Virus record (IMG/VR): IMGVR_UViG_2617270964_000005
Length of the DNA: 10,990 bases
Strand: one strand, 5' to 3'
Source of the DNA: a virus
Lineage: Duplodnaviria > Heunggongvirae > Uroviricota > Caudoviricetes
This document shows positions 1-6,867 of the stretch, one piece after another. The number at the start of each line of letters is the position of its first letter. Position 1 is the stretch's first letter. Made by a program: the position numbers and the translations under genes. Below the pieces are notes generated by a model. It did not search any database, had not been told where the DNA came from, and saw only the letters and a list, made by a program, of their open reading frames with translations.

Positions 1-344
1 TGTATGCGCGAGGTTACCGACTGCGGCCTGAGTTTTTTAAATGGCGGAAAATCGTGTTGAGGCCAACGCCCATAATGCGGGCGGTTGCCCGGCATCCAAC
101 GCCATTCATGGCCATATCAATGATTTTCTGGTGCGTACCGGGTTGAGAAGCGGTGTAAGTGAACTGCAGTTGCCATGTTTTACGGCAGTGAGAGCAGAGA
201 TAGCGCTGATGTCCGGCGGTGCTTTTGCCGTTACGCACCACCCCGTCAGTAGCTGAACAGGAGGGACAGCTGATAGAAACAGAAGCCACTGGAGCACCTC
301 AAAAACACCATCATACACTAAATCAGTAAGTTGGCATCATCACC
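1..344 (-). mobile_element. IS1 insertion sequence, partial (left ~344 bp including the terminal inverted repeat; remainder lies beyond the window start)
   Basis: Reverse complement of 1..344 matches the IS1 left end as recalled, including the terminal repeat GGTGATG(A)TGCCAACTTACTGAT at 322..344 (one mismatch to the canonical end) and the full insA reading frame. IS1 is about 768 bp, so insB and the other end are outside the window. Confidence 0.9.
14..289 (-). CDS. insA: IS1 InsA protein (transposition regulator, N-terminal part of the InsAB' transposase)
   Basis: 91-aa product [91 protein letters not shown] is essentially identical to IS1 InsA as recalled (zinc-finger CxxC...CxxC motif, 91 aa). 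Confidence 0.92.
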   Translation of the reverse strand: MASVSISCPSCSATDGVVRNGKSTAGHQRYLCSHCRKTWQLQFTYTASQPGTHQKIIDMAMNGVGCRATARIMGVGLNTIFRHLKNSGRSR

Positions 345-738
345 ACATCTCGTATGTAATGGAATAAGTCAGATCTGCAGAACTCCATAACGCCATATCG
401 TCATCACGACGATACTCATAGCCCTGCGTAACCATCGTGGTAATCAGTCCTGCCAGTGCCGGGATCGCGGTCATCGCCGGGTAAATCCGGCTTTCCATCC
501 ACTGATCAAGCTCTGAATCCGGTACCTGTGCCGGTAAAAACACCTCAATATGCAGCGTGGCCCGCCAGGTATCTGCATCCAGCTCTTCACCGGTATACTC
601 TGCATCCGTCAGATAAACCGCGATCGCAGGAAAATCCTCTTCGTCAAAAACAACGGGGCGACCATCAAACAGCGTCGCCCCGTGTTCATGCTGCTCGAGT
701 GCATCCAGCACTGCGGCACGAATGTCAGTGTGTTTCAT
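340..738 (-). CDS. U: Tail tube terminator protein, lambda gpU homolog (132 aa); the last sense codon and the stop codon are supplied across the IS1 junction
   Basis: Translation MKHTDIRAAVLDALEQHEHGATLFDGRPVVFDEEDFPAIAVYLTDAEYTGEELDADTWRATLHIEVFLPAQVPDSELDQWMESRIYP... aligns along its length with lambda U (131 aa) as recalled. ATG at 736..738. Overlaps the Z stop in an ATGA arrangement, as in lambda. Confidence 0.85.
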   Translation of the reverse strand: MKHTDIRAAVLDALEQHEHGATLFDGRPVVFDEEDFPAIAVYLTDAEYTGEELDADTWRATLHIEVFLPAQVPDSELDQWMESRIYPAMTAIPALAGLITTMVTQGYEYRRDDDMALWSSADLTYSITYEMW

Positions 739-1310
739 CGTTTTATCGCAATCCTCAGTTGTTGTTTCAGCGCGGATGCCAGTTCTCCGGGCAGGCGTTC
801 ACGCCGGATACGGTCAACATTCTCATCAAATGCCTGTTTCAGTGGGGCCGCCATCGGGATTTTCACCACCTGAATGGGAAGGCGATTACGCTTTTTCCTT
901 CCCTTGTCGTCATTGCCCTCCTCATATCTGGCCTGGGGAAGACGTTGCATAACATGCCAGCGCCCATTATTTAATCGCTGGATAAATGCCCGCTGATAAC
1001 GATGCTGACCGGCTTTGAGTATGCTGTTCGGACGACGCCCCAGCATTCTGATCCCCAGCTTAATCACAGGGAGATCACCGCGGTTAACGATAATTCTGGC
1101 ATTCGGATTTCTGACCGTCGCCCGTTTCAGTCTGGACCGTTCCTTTACCAGTTTCCGTCTCACCCTGGTTTCCCGGGCAACCTGTGACGAAGACTGATTA
1201 ATCGCCGTTGTGGCCACGCGGTTAATGGTCATTGCAGAAGCAGCCGGAATGGCGTTTTTACGAACCCGGCTCAGATTATCAATCGCCTGATCAAGCCCTT
1301 TTATCGCCAT
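735..1310 (-). CDS. Z: Tail completion protein, lambda gpZ homolog (191 aa)
   Basis: 191 aa versus 192 aa for lambda Z; basic Arg/Lys-rich protein in the lambda position between FII and U. ATG at 1308..1310 with a GGGTGA Shine-Dalgarno-like sequence upstream. Confidence 0.8.
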   Translation of the reverse strand: MAIKGLDQAIDNLSRVRKNAIPAASAMTINRVATTAINQSSSQVARETRVRRKLVKERSRLKRATVRNPNARIIVNRGDLPVIKLGIRMLGRRPNSILKAGQHRYQRAFIQRLNNGRWHVMQRLPQARYEEGNDDKGRKKRNRLPIQVVKIPMAAPLKQAFDENVDRIRRERLPGELASALKQQLRIAIKR

Positions 1311-1325
1311 AATTTCACCCTGCGT

Positions 1326-1679
1326 TTATCGTCGCCGGTTAACAGCGGGTGGTTGCCCACGGTTGAGCCAGAGATAACAGCTTCCCCCGTCATCCGGAGA
1401 AACACGATCCACCCAGAACATCTCGCCGTTAATGGTCAGCGTGTCACCACGCCGCACGGCACGCACCGTATCCGTCCGCACAAATAATGACGGGCTGCTT
1501 CCTTCAATACGGACCCCGCCACCGGCAAAACCCAGCGACTCCGGATCGTCAAAAACCCCCTGAACTTCGCCGCCACGTTGTGCTCCGGAGGTGAACTGCG
1601 CACGGATCCCCATCACTTCAACGATCGTACTGTCCACCCCGGCAAGGGCAGCATCAAAGGCATTCTGAAAATCACGCAT
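1326..1679 (-). CDS. FII: Head-tail connector / tail attachment protein, lambda gpFII homolog (117 aa)
   Basis: Product ends ...TLTINGEMFWVDRVSPDDGGSCYLWLNRGQPPAVNRRR, near-identical to the lambda FII C-terminus as recalled (...FWVDRVSPDDGGSCHLWLGRGVPPAVNRRR). Same length as lambda FII. Confidence 0.9.
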   Translation of the reverse strand: MRDFQNAFDAALAGVDSTIVEVMGIRAQFTSGAQRGGEVQGVFDDPESLGFAGGGVRIEGSSPSLFVRTDTVRAVRRGDTLTINGEMFWVDRVSPDDGGSCYLWLNRGQPPAVNRRR

Positions 1680-2055
1680 ATTCAGCCGTTCCGTGCTGTA
1701 TCATGGCCGTTGCCAGTGATGATGGCACCAGAACACGCATACCCCGTAACGCCAGCTCAACGGGACGACCTGTCTCCGGGCAATACCCCATTACTTGCAG
1801 GCACTTCCGTACCCGGACGGCTTTAACATCATCCGGAGCATCCGTGTTGTTCAACTGCTCACCATCGTCTGTGTGATTTTGATCAGCCCCGCTCTCATCA
1901 GAGTGCATAATGCCCTCCGGGGAAACAGCAAGCTCCTCTTCCCACTCAGACACACGTTGAGCAATATCCGCAGCACTCCCCGACATATCCGCCTCGCGCC
2001 CCAGCAGGCCAGCCAGTTGACGAAGACGATTCAGATTTTCTTCTTTTGTTGCCAT
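1672..2055 (-). CDS. FI: DNA-packaging / head assembly protein, lambda gpFI-like (127 aa from the ATG at 2055)
   Basis: Acidic protein in the lambda FI position between E and FII. ATG at 2053..2055 is preceded by a strong AGGAGG Shine-Dalgarno with a 5-nt spacer. The track ORF start at 2103 is a GTG lying inside the terminator hairpin and is unlikely to be used. Similarity to lambda FI is weaker than for the neighbouring genes. Confidence 0.65.
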   Translation of the reverse strand: MATKEENLNRLRQLAGLLGREADMSGSAADIAQRVSEWEEELAVSPEGIMHSDESGADQNHTDDGEQLNNTDAPDDVKAVRVRKCLQVMGYCPETGRPVELALRGMRVLVPSSLATAMIQHGTAEYA

Positions 2056-2067
2056 CTCAGCCTCCTG

Positions 2068-2098
2068 TGAAAAAAGACACGGGGGCATTTCGCCCCCG
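2068..2098 (-). terminator. Candidate intrinsic terminator or RNA-stabilising hairpin between the major capsid gene and FI (minus-strand transcript)
   Basis: Perfect 7-bp GC stem (CGGGGGC at 2080..2086 pairing GCCCCCG at 2092..2098) with a 5-nt loop; the minus-strand RNA then reads UGUCUUUUUU, immediately followed by the FI Shine-Dalgarno. No T-tract follows on the plus strand. Confidence 0.5.
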
Positions 2099-2106
2099 CT
2101 CACGGA

Positions 2107-3135
2107 TTATTTCACCTGCACCACCACAAACTCATCCGGATCCGGCAGCACCATCAGCGGTGCGGACTGCGTCATGGTGAATTCACGGGCCGGATCGCCC
2201 ACAGTCAGCCAGTGTTTCGGATAACGGGAAGAGGCCACCACACCTTCGGACAACGCCTGCGCATCCTGAATGGCACCATAGCAACGAATGCCCTCTGCTG
2301 CCGTATTCCCCAGGACCAGTGTGCCCTCCGGCAGATAACGTTTTTCGGTACCGTCGTCTGCCACATAAGACGTTTTCGCCACCACAATGGCCAGATCACC
2401 GTAATACCCTTTGAAAGACACCACCGCCCCCAGGTCTTTCACTGCCGTTTCGAGTTGTGAATTTGAGCCGCGACGGGTATCCAGTTTTTCGCGGAACAGC
2501 TTAAAGCCATTCAGCAGACGCCAAACCGTACCGTCCATAATGGCAATATTCACAAGACCGCTGGCCTGATCGCAGTAAAGGTCAATATCATGCGTCGGAT
2601 CAAACGTATCACGGTCCTGCTCAGACCATTTTTTACCGTCGGCCTGCTCAATGTTATTTCCTTCAGAGCGTCCGAAATCCACCTCGACCGTGTCAAACTG
2701 TTCCCCTTCCATGGTGTATTTGCCATACAGCACGGCATTCACCGCCTGCATTTCTTCCACCTGGACAATAGCGTGCTCTTCCTGTTTGAGGTTATCGGTA
2801 ATGATACGCAGACGACGGTAGGCCGGGTCGTTCAGCTGAGCCGGATCTTCACCGGGAAGGCGCTCAACCGCCTGCTGGTAATTAAATTCGTGTTTCGGCT
2901 TGACGTAGCCCGGACGCAACACGCGGGTTTCACCACCACGATGGCGCAGCACTTTTCCTTCAACGATCGGGGAGACATAGGCCGCCACCGGCGTTTTTCC
3001 GGTAATTTTGTCCAGCATCACCTCTTCGGTGTGGAAATTCACCGTACGGCGGAAAAACAGCTCCAGAAATAGCGCACGGAATTTAACTTTTTGTTCGGTA
3101 TAACCGAGTAACTGGCGGGTCGTAAACAATCCCAT
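2107..3135 (-). CDS. E: Major capsid protein, lambda gpE homolog (342 aa)
   Basis: 342 aa versus 341 for lambda E, in the lambda gene order directly after D. ATG at 3133..3135 with an AAAGGA Shine-Dalgarno. Confidence 0.92.
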   Translation of the reverse strand: MGLFTTRQLLGYTEQKVKFRALFLELFFRRTVNFHTEEVMLDKITGKTPVAAYVSPIVEGKVLRHRGGETRVLRPGYVKPKHEFNYQQAVERLPGEDPAQLNDPAYRRLRIITDNLKQEEHAIVQVEEMQAVNAVLYGKYTMEGEQFDTVEVDFGRSEGNNIEQADGKKWSEQDRDTFDPTHDIDLYCDQASGLVNIAIMDGTVWRLLNGFKLFREKLDTRRGSNSQLETAVKDLGAVVSFKGYYGDLAIVVAKTSYVADDGTEKRYLPEGTLVLGNTAAEGIRCYGAIQDAQALSEGVVASSRYPKHWLTVGDPAREFTMTQSAPLMVLPDPDEFVVVQVK

Positions 3136-3163
3136 AAATCAGTTCCTTTCATTCAGAAATCAG

Positions 3164-3185
3164 TCAGGCCACCATGGTGGCCTGA
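3164..3185. repeat. Perfect 22-bp palindrome TCAGGCCACCATGGTGGCCTGA in the D-E intergenic region
   Basis: Read directly from the sequence; self-complementary over the full 22 bp, centred on CCATGG, located between the D stop (3193) and the E start (3135). Confidence 0.6.
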
Positions 3186-3192
3186 TAACGTG

Positions 3193-3540
3193 TTACGGCA
3201 GAGCCGCGTGACTCAGGGCTGTGCCGGCAAAGGCATTTGCCTTTTTGTGTTCATCCACACTGTCAGGCCAGCGGATTGCCTCCGTCGCAAAGGTCCCCGA
3301 CTTGTAATAGGTCAGCACCGTCTCTGTGCCTTCAAGCGGCAGTACCAGTATGCCAACCGCACTACCGGCTTTCTGTCCATCCCAGACCACCAGTTTCCCG
3401 GTGGCTTCATCCAGCATCAGGGGCGTCAGAGCCGGTGTTGCAGAAGAAATCCCGCTGCTGCCTGTGGCGGTATGAGCCGGATCATTACCGGCAAAAATAC
3501 GTACTTCCGCACGCTGTTCAGTGATGGTTTTCGTCACCAT
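3193..3540 (-). CDS. D: Head decoration protein, lambda gpD homolog (115 aa)
   Basis: Contains ...DPAHTAT...TPLMLDE...KLVVWDG...AVGIL...YKSGTF...AFAGTA..., matching conserved blocks of lambda D as recalled. 115 aa versus 110. Confidence 0.88.
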   Translation of the reverse strand: MVTKTITEQRAEVRIFAGNDPAHTATGSSGISSATPALTPLMLDEATGKLVVWDGQKAGSAVGILVLPLEGTETVLTYYKSGTFATEAIRWPDSVDEHKKANAFAGTALSHAALP

Positions 3541-3576
3541 TTTGTTAAAACCTCATATTGATGGTCAGCACTGACT

Positions 3577-5082
3577 TCATGGCATGGCCATGAGCATTTT
3601 CACGTCCGCATCACCGTCTGCTGACGTCTGTGACACGCCACCCCGCACCGCTGCCGGTGAATGATTCGCCATGAAATGTTCAAACAGGGCGGTTGTGGAT
3701 GCAGAGACCGGTTCGGCCTTACCTGATCCCGCAGCCAGCACAGCCCGGGCGTTCTCCACGGTCATTCCCGGGCAGGCCGCCAGTTTTTCAGCCTGCGCTT
3801 CTGCCCCTTTTGCCTCATCCAGGGCCATGATCTGATCACGAAGTGAGGGCCCGGCATCCGCCAGTGGTGCAGCCGCCAGGATCGGGCGGGCTTTTTCCAC
3901 CGTCATCTCCGGCATCGCCGCCAGCGTTGCCGCCAGTTGTTCACGACCGTTCGCTTCTTCACACGCCATAATGCGATCGGCTTCACTCTGCGCGGATGCC
4001 ACCGGCTGCTGCGGTGCCGCCGCGGCCAGAATCGCCCGGGCCTGTTCAACGCTCATGCCCTGTTGCCCTGCCAGCATCGTGGCAAGCTGTTCACGTCCTT
4101 TCGCTTCCTGGCATGTCAGGATCCCCATCACTCGCTGGTTCTCCTGCACGGCGGCTTCCGTTGCAGTTAATTGCGGCATAGTGCCTCCTCTGACATTACT
4201 GTTCAGCGCCGTGGCCATCACACTGATGGCATCCGACGCATTGATTAATTCATCCGCCAGCCCGGCCTCAATGCCGGACTGACCTTCAAAAACGGCGGCC
4301 TCTGTTCCCGTGACTGCATCAACAGACAGACCGGTAAACATCGCCACTTTTTCGGCAAACATCCGGCGCGCCGCATCAATCCGCTGCTGCATGTCCTGGC
4401 GAACCTCTGCCGGCAACGCTTCAAACTGATTGCCATCCACCTTGTGCGCCCCTGAGTAAATCAGCGTGATATCCACACCGGCCTGCGCCAGATGACCGGC
4501 ATAGCTGACATGGCTCATCATCACGCCAATGGAGCCGATACGGGATGTCTGGGTAACCAGCCGTCGGGAGCAGGCAGACGCCAGCAGCATGGCTGCAGAA
4601 CAGGCCGTGTCATTGCACAGTGCCCAGACCGGCTTCTGCTGACGGAGGCGGTAAATCATGTCAGCGCAGTCAAACGCGCCGGCGGCCTGCCCGCCCGGAC
4701 TGTCAATGTCCAGCAGTACGCCCCGCACCTGGCTATCCGCCATTGCCTGCTGAAGACAGGCGACAATGCCGTCATAGCCTGTCATTCCGGAAAATGGCCG
4801 CATACCACCCAGCCGGTGCACCAGCGTGCCGGTCACCGGCAGTACAGCAATACCGTTCACCACCCGGTAAACACGGGCCGGTCGTTTACCTCCGGCCATA
4901 TACTCGTCCGTTTCAGCCAGCATTCCGGGAGCATCAAGCTGTACCTGCTGTTGTGGTACCGAAAGACTTGCTGCCCCCATCTCGCGCCCGAGCGCGCAAA
5001 AGAAAACCCGCGCATAGGCGGGCTCCAGAAGCAGCGGTTCATTGAATGCTGCGGCAATAATGTGTGAAAGATTACGTCTCAC
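3577..5082 (-). CDS. C: Head maturation protease / scaffold, lambda gpC homolog (S49/ClpP-like peptidase domain with a Nu3-like scaffold C-terminal region); 501 aa, GTG start
   Basis: N-terminal two thirds align with lambda C as recalled (AFNEPLLLEPAYARVFFCAL..., VNGIAVLPVTGTLV, GMTGYDGI, DSPGG, AGAFDCADMI, KPVWAL, RRLVTQTSRIGSIGVMM, ITLIYSGAHKVDGN). Longer than lambda C (439 aa) because of a repeated C-terminal motif. Start codon is GTG at 5080..5082 and overlaps the end of B. Confidence 0.88.
   Translation of the reverse strand: MRRNLSHIIAAAFNEPLLLEPAYARVFFCALGREMGAASLSVPQQQVQLDAPGMLAETDEYMAGGKRPARVYRVVNGIAVLPVTGTLVHRLGGMRPFSGMTGYDGIVACLQQAMADSQVRGVLLDIDSPGGQAAGAFDCADMIYRLRQQKPVWALCNDTACSAAMLLASACSRRLVTQTSRIGSIGVMMSHVSYAGHLAQAGVDITLIYSGAHKVDGNQFEALPAEVRQDMQQRIDAARRMFAEKVAMFTGLSVDAVTGTEAAVFEGQSGIEAGLADELINASDAISVMATALNSNVRGGTMPQLTATEAAVQENQRVMGILTCQEAKGREQLATMLAGQQGMSVEQARAILAAAAPQQPVASAQSEADRIMACEEANGREQLAATLAAMPEMTVEKARPILAAAPLADAGPSLRDQIMALDEAKGAEAQAEKLAACPGMTVENARAVLAAGSGKAEPVSASTTALFEHFMANHSPAAVRGGVSQTSADGDADVKMLMAMP
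3727..4134 (-). repeat. Three diverged tandem copies of an approximately 40-47-aa motif inside the gpC/Nu3-like scaffold region
   Basis: Protein-level repeats RVMGILTCQEAKGREQLATMLAGQQGMSVEQARAILAAAAP, RIMACEEANGREQLAATLAAMPEMTVEKARPILAAAP and QIMALDEAKGAEAQAEKLAACPGMTVENARAVLAAG. The underlying DNA copies are diverged, not identical. Confidence 0.6.
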
Positions 5083-6664
5083 GTGGTGTTGTCTCCTCTT
5101 CCGGCCTGCGACTCTCCGCTATCTGCTGCTGATACGCCTGCGCTATCCACACCGGACGTGAGAGTCCGGCTTTTTGCCGCTCAGCAGATTCCCTGACCTG
5201 CTGGCGGAAAATGTCCTGATAATCCTCGCCCATCAGCGCCAGCTCTTTCTCATACGTGCTCAGTCCGGCCTCAATGCGCATCACTGATTCCTGGACTTCC
5301 TTGAGCCCGTCAATGGCCATTCTTCCGGCACCAATCCACTCTGCCCGTGACCAGGCTGATCGCGCCTGATAAAAATCAAAACGTGCCCGTGGCGGACGAA
5401 TAATCCCCCGAAGAAGTGCCTCTTCCAGCCAGCAGGAAAACATCTGCGTGGCCAGCCGGGCCGCAATAAATTTTCGCCGCCCCATAAAATAGCGCCACGA
5501 CTCATTGGCGGAGGCGCGGGCACTTGAGTAACTGACCTTCGAGTAATCACGGGACAACTGTTCGTAGGAAACGCCAAGACCGGCGGCGATATACCGCAGC
5601 AGCGCCTGTTCAAGCGCAGAAAATCCATTGTCTGAATCCTGCGCAGTCTGTAGTTTCAGATCATCACCAGGGAAAAGGTGCGGAATTTTGACACCGCCCA
5701 GTGTCACGTTATTCGTGTCATACCAGCTGGAGAACTTCTCCAGAATATTAATAAGCGGATTATCCTTCTGCTCCTGTGGCGCGCCGGCGATATATTCAAA
5801 GGCCTTTTCGGTATCAAGTTCACTTTCAATCGTCGCTGCATACATCGCCTTCACTATGGCCGACTGAAGCTGTGTTGCCTGCAGGGAATCGAGCATCTTC
5901 AGCCGTTCCATGACGCTGTAAAACTGATTAGCCCCACGGGTCTGCCCGTCCTCCACCGGCTCGAAAATATGCAGCATGGCCGGACGCCCGGTGGGAAGTT
6001 CACGCGGGATCCGTTCCCATCGTCCACTACCAGAGAACGGAAAATCATCCTCACAGATATGGTACGCGACGGCACGGCCATATCGATCGACCTCCACACC
6101 GGCCCGCAGAAAACGGTTCCCGATACCGTGTCCTGGCGTGTCCACCCGTTTCGGACTCACGGCTTTAAAACGCGTACGAAACAGTTGCGTACTCTCCGTA
6201 TCCCAGACCGGCTGCACAAAGATTTCGCCGTTAAACGCATGAACGCCCACACCTTCACGGATAAATTCCGTAAACGTGCGTTTCCCTTCCACGTCGATCT
6301 CACCAAACATCCCTTCTGCGTATTCTGACCAGGCCGCCTCCACCTCATCGACAAAACTTTTTGCCGCGGTCTCCCGCATCCCCAGCCAGCGCCAGTTCGG
6401 ACGGTAGCTAATCAGAAACATATGCCCGACAATGTGATCCTTATGCAGGGCCACCGCATTGGCCGCTATTCCGTTATTGCGCACCAGATCATCTGCACGG
6501 GCATTCCCCAGACGCAACGCGGGCAGCAGGGCCGCATCGGCACTCTGCGCCGGTGGCAACCACTCTGCCATTTGCCCGCCAAATCCTGCACCGCCACCGG
6601 TGTAGCTGAGGCTCTCCCGAAGCGGAACGCCGTTCACATCAATCAGGACAGGCGTTCGTTTCAT
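5072..6664 (-). CDS. B: Portal protein, lambda gpB homolog (530 aa)
   Basis: Long conserved blocks shared with lambda B as recalled (GNARADDLVRNNG, HIFEPVEDGQTRGANQFYSVME, QLQSAIVKAMYAATIESELDT, LLRYIAAGLGVSYEQLSR, ARASANESW, GSGRMAIDGLKEVQE, EAGLSTYEKE). 530 aa versus 533. ATGA overlap with W. Confidence 0.93.
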   Translation of the reverse strand: MKRTPVLIDVNGVPLRESLSYTGGGAGFGGQMAEWLPPAQSADAALLPALRLGNARADDLVRNNGIAANAVALHKDHIVGHMFLISYRPNWRWLGMRETAAKSFVDEVEAAWSEYAEGMFGEIDVEGKRTFTEFIREGVGVHAFNGEIFVQPVWDTESTQLFRTRFKAVSPKRVDTPGHGIGNRFLRAGVEVDRYGRAVAYHICEDDFPFSGSGRWERIPRELPTGRPAMLHIFEPVEDGQTRGANQFYSVMERLKMLDSLQATQLQSAIVKAMYAATIESELDTEKAFEYIAGAPQEQKDNPLINILEKFSSWYDTNNVTLGGVKIPHLFPGDDLKLQTAQDSDNGFSALEQALLRYIAAGLGVSYEQLSRDYSKVSYSSARASANESWRYFMGRRKFIAARLATQMFSCWLEEALLRGIIRPPRARFDFYQARSAWSRAEWIGAGRMAIDGLKEVQESVMRIEAGLSTYEKELALMGEDYQDIFRQQVRESAERQKAGLSRPVWIAQAYQQQIAESRRPEEETTPRET

Positions 6665-6867
6665 AACCTCACTCCCAGCGGACGACGGCGACGCCGGGTT
6701 GTCCCCAGTACCGACTCCGCATCATTGATCGCCCGGTTAAGCTCATCCAGAGAAGCCGCCGTATATTCAATTCTGCGACCATCTTTCTGGACAGACACCA
6801 CCCGTTTACCGGTTAATAAATCAAGGCGCGCCTGACGCAGCGCCTGCAGTTCAGCGACTGTAACCAT
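6661..6867 (-). CDS. W: Head-tail joining / DNA stabilisation protein, lambda gpW homolog (68 aa)
   Basis: 68 aa, same length as lambda W, with the shared core LLTGKRVVSVQKDGRRIEYTAAS (lambda [22 protein letters not shown] as recalled). Sits between A and B as in lambda. Confidence 0.85.
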   Translation of the reverse strand: MVTVAELQALRQARLDLLTGKRVVSVQKDGRRIEYTAASLDELNRAINDAESVLGTTRRRRRPLGVRL

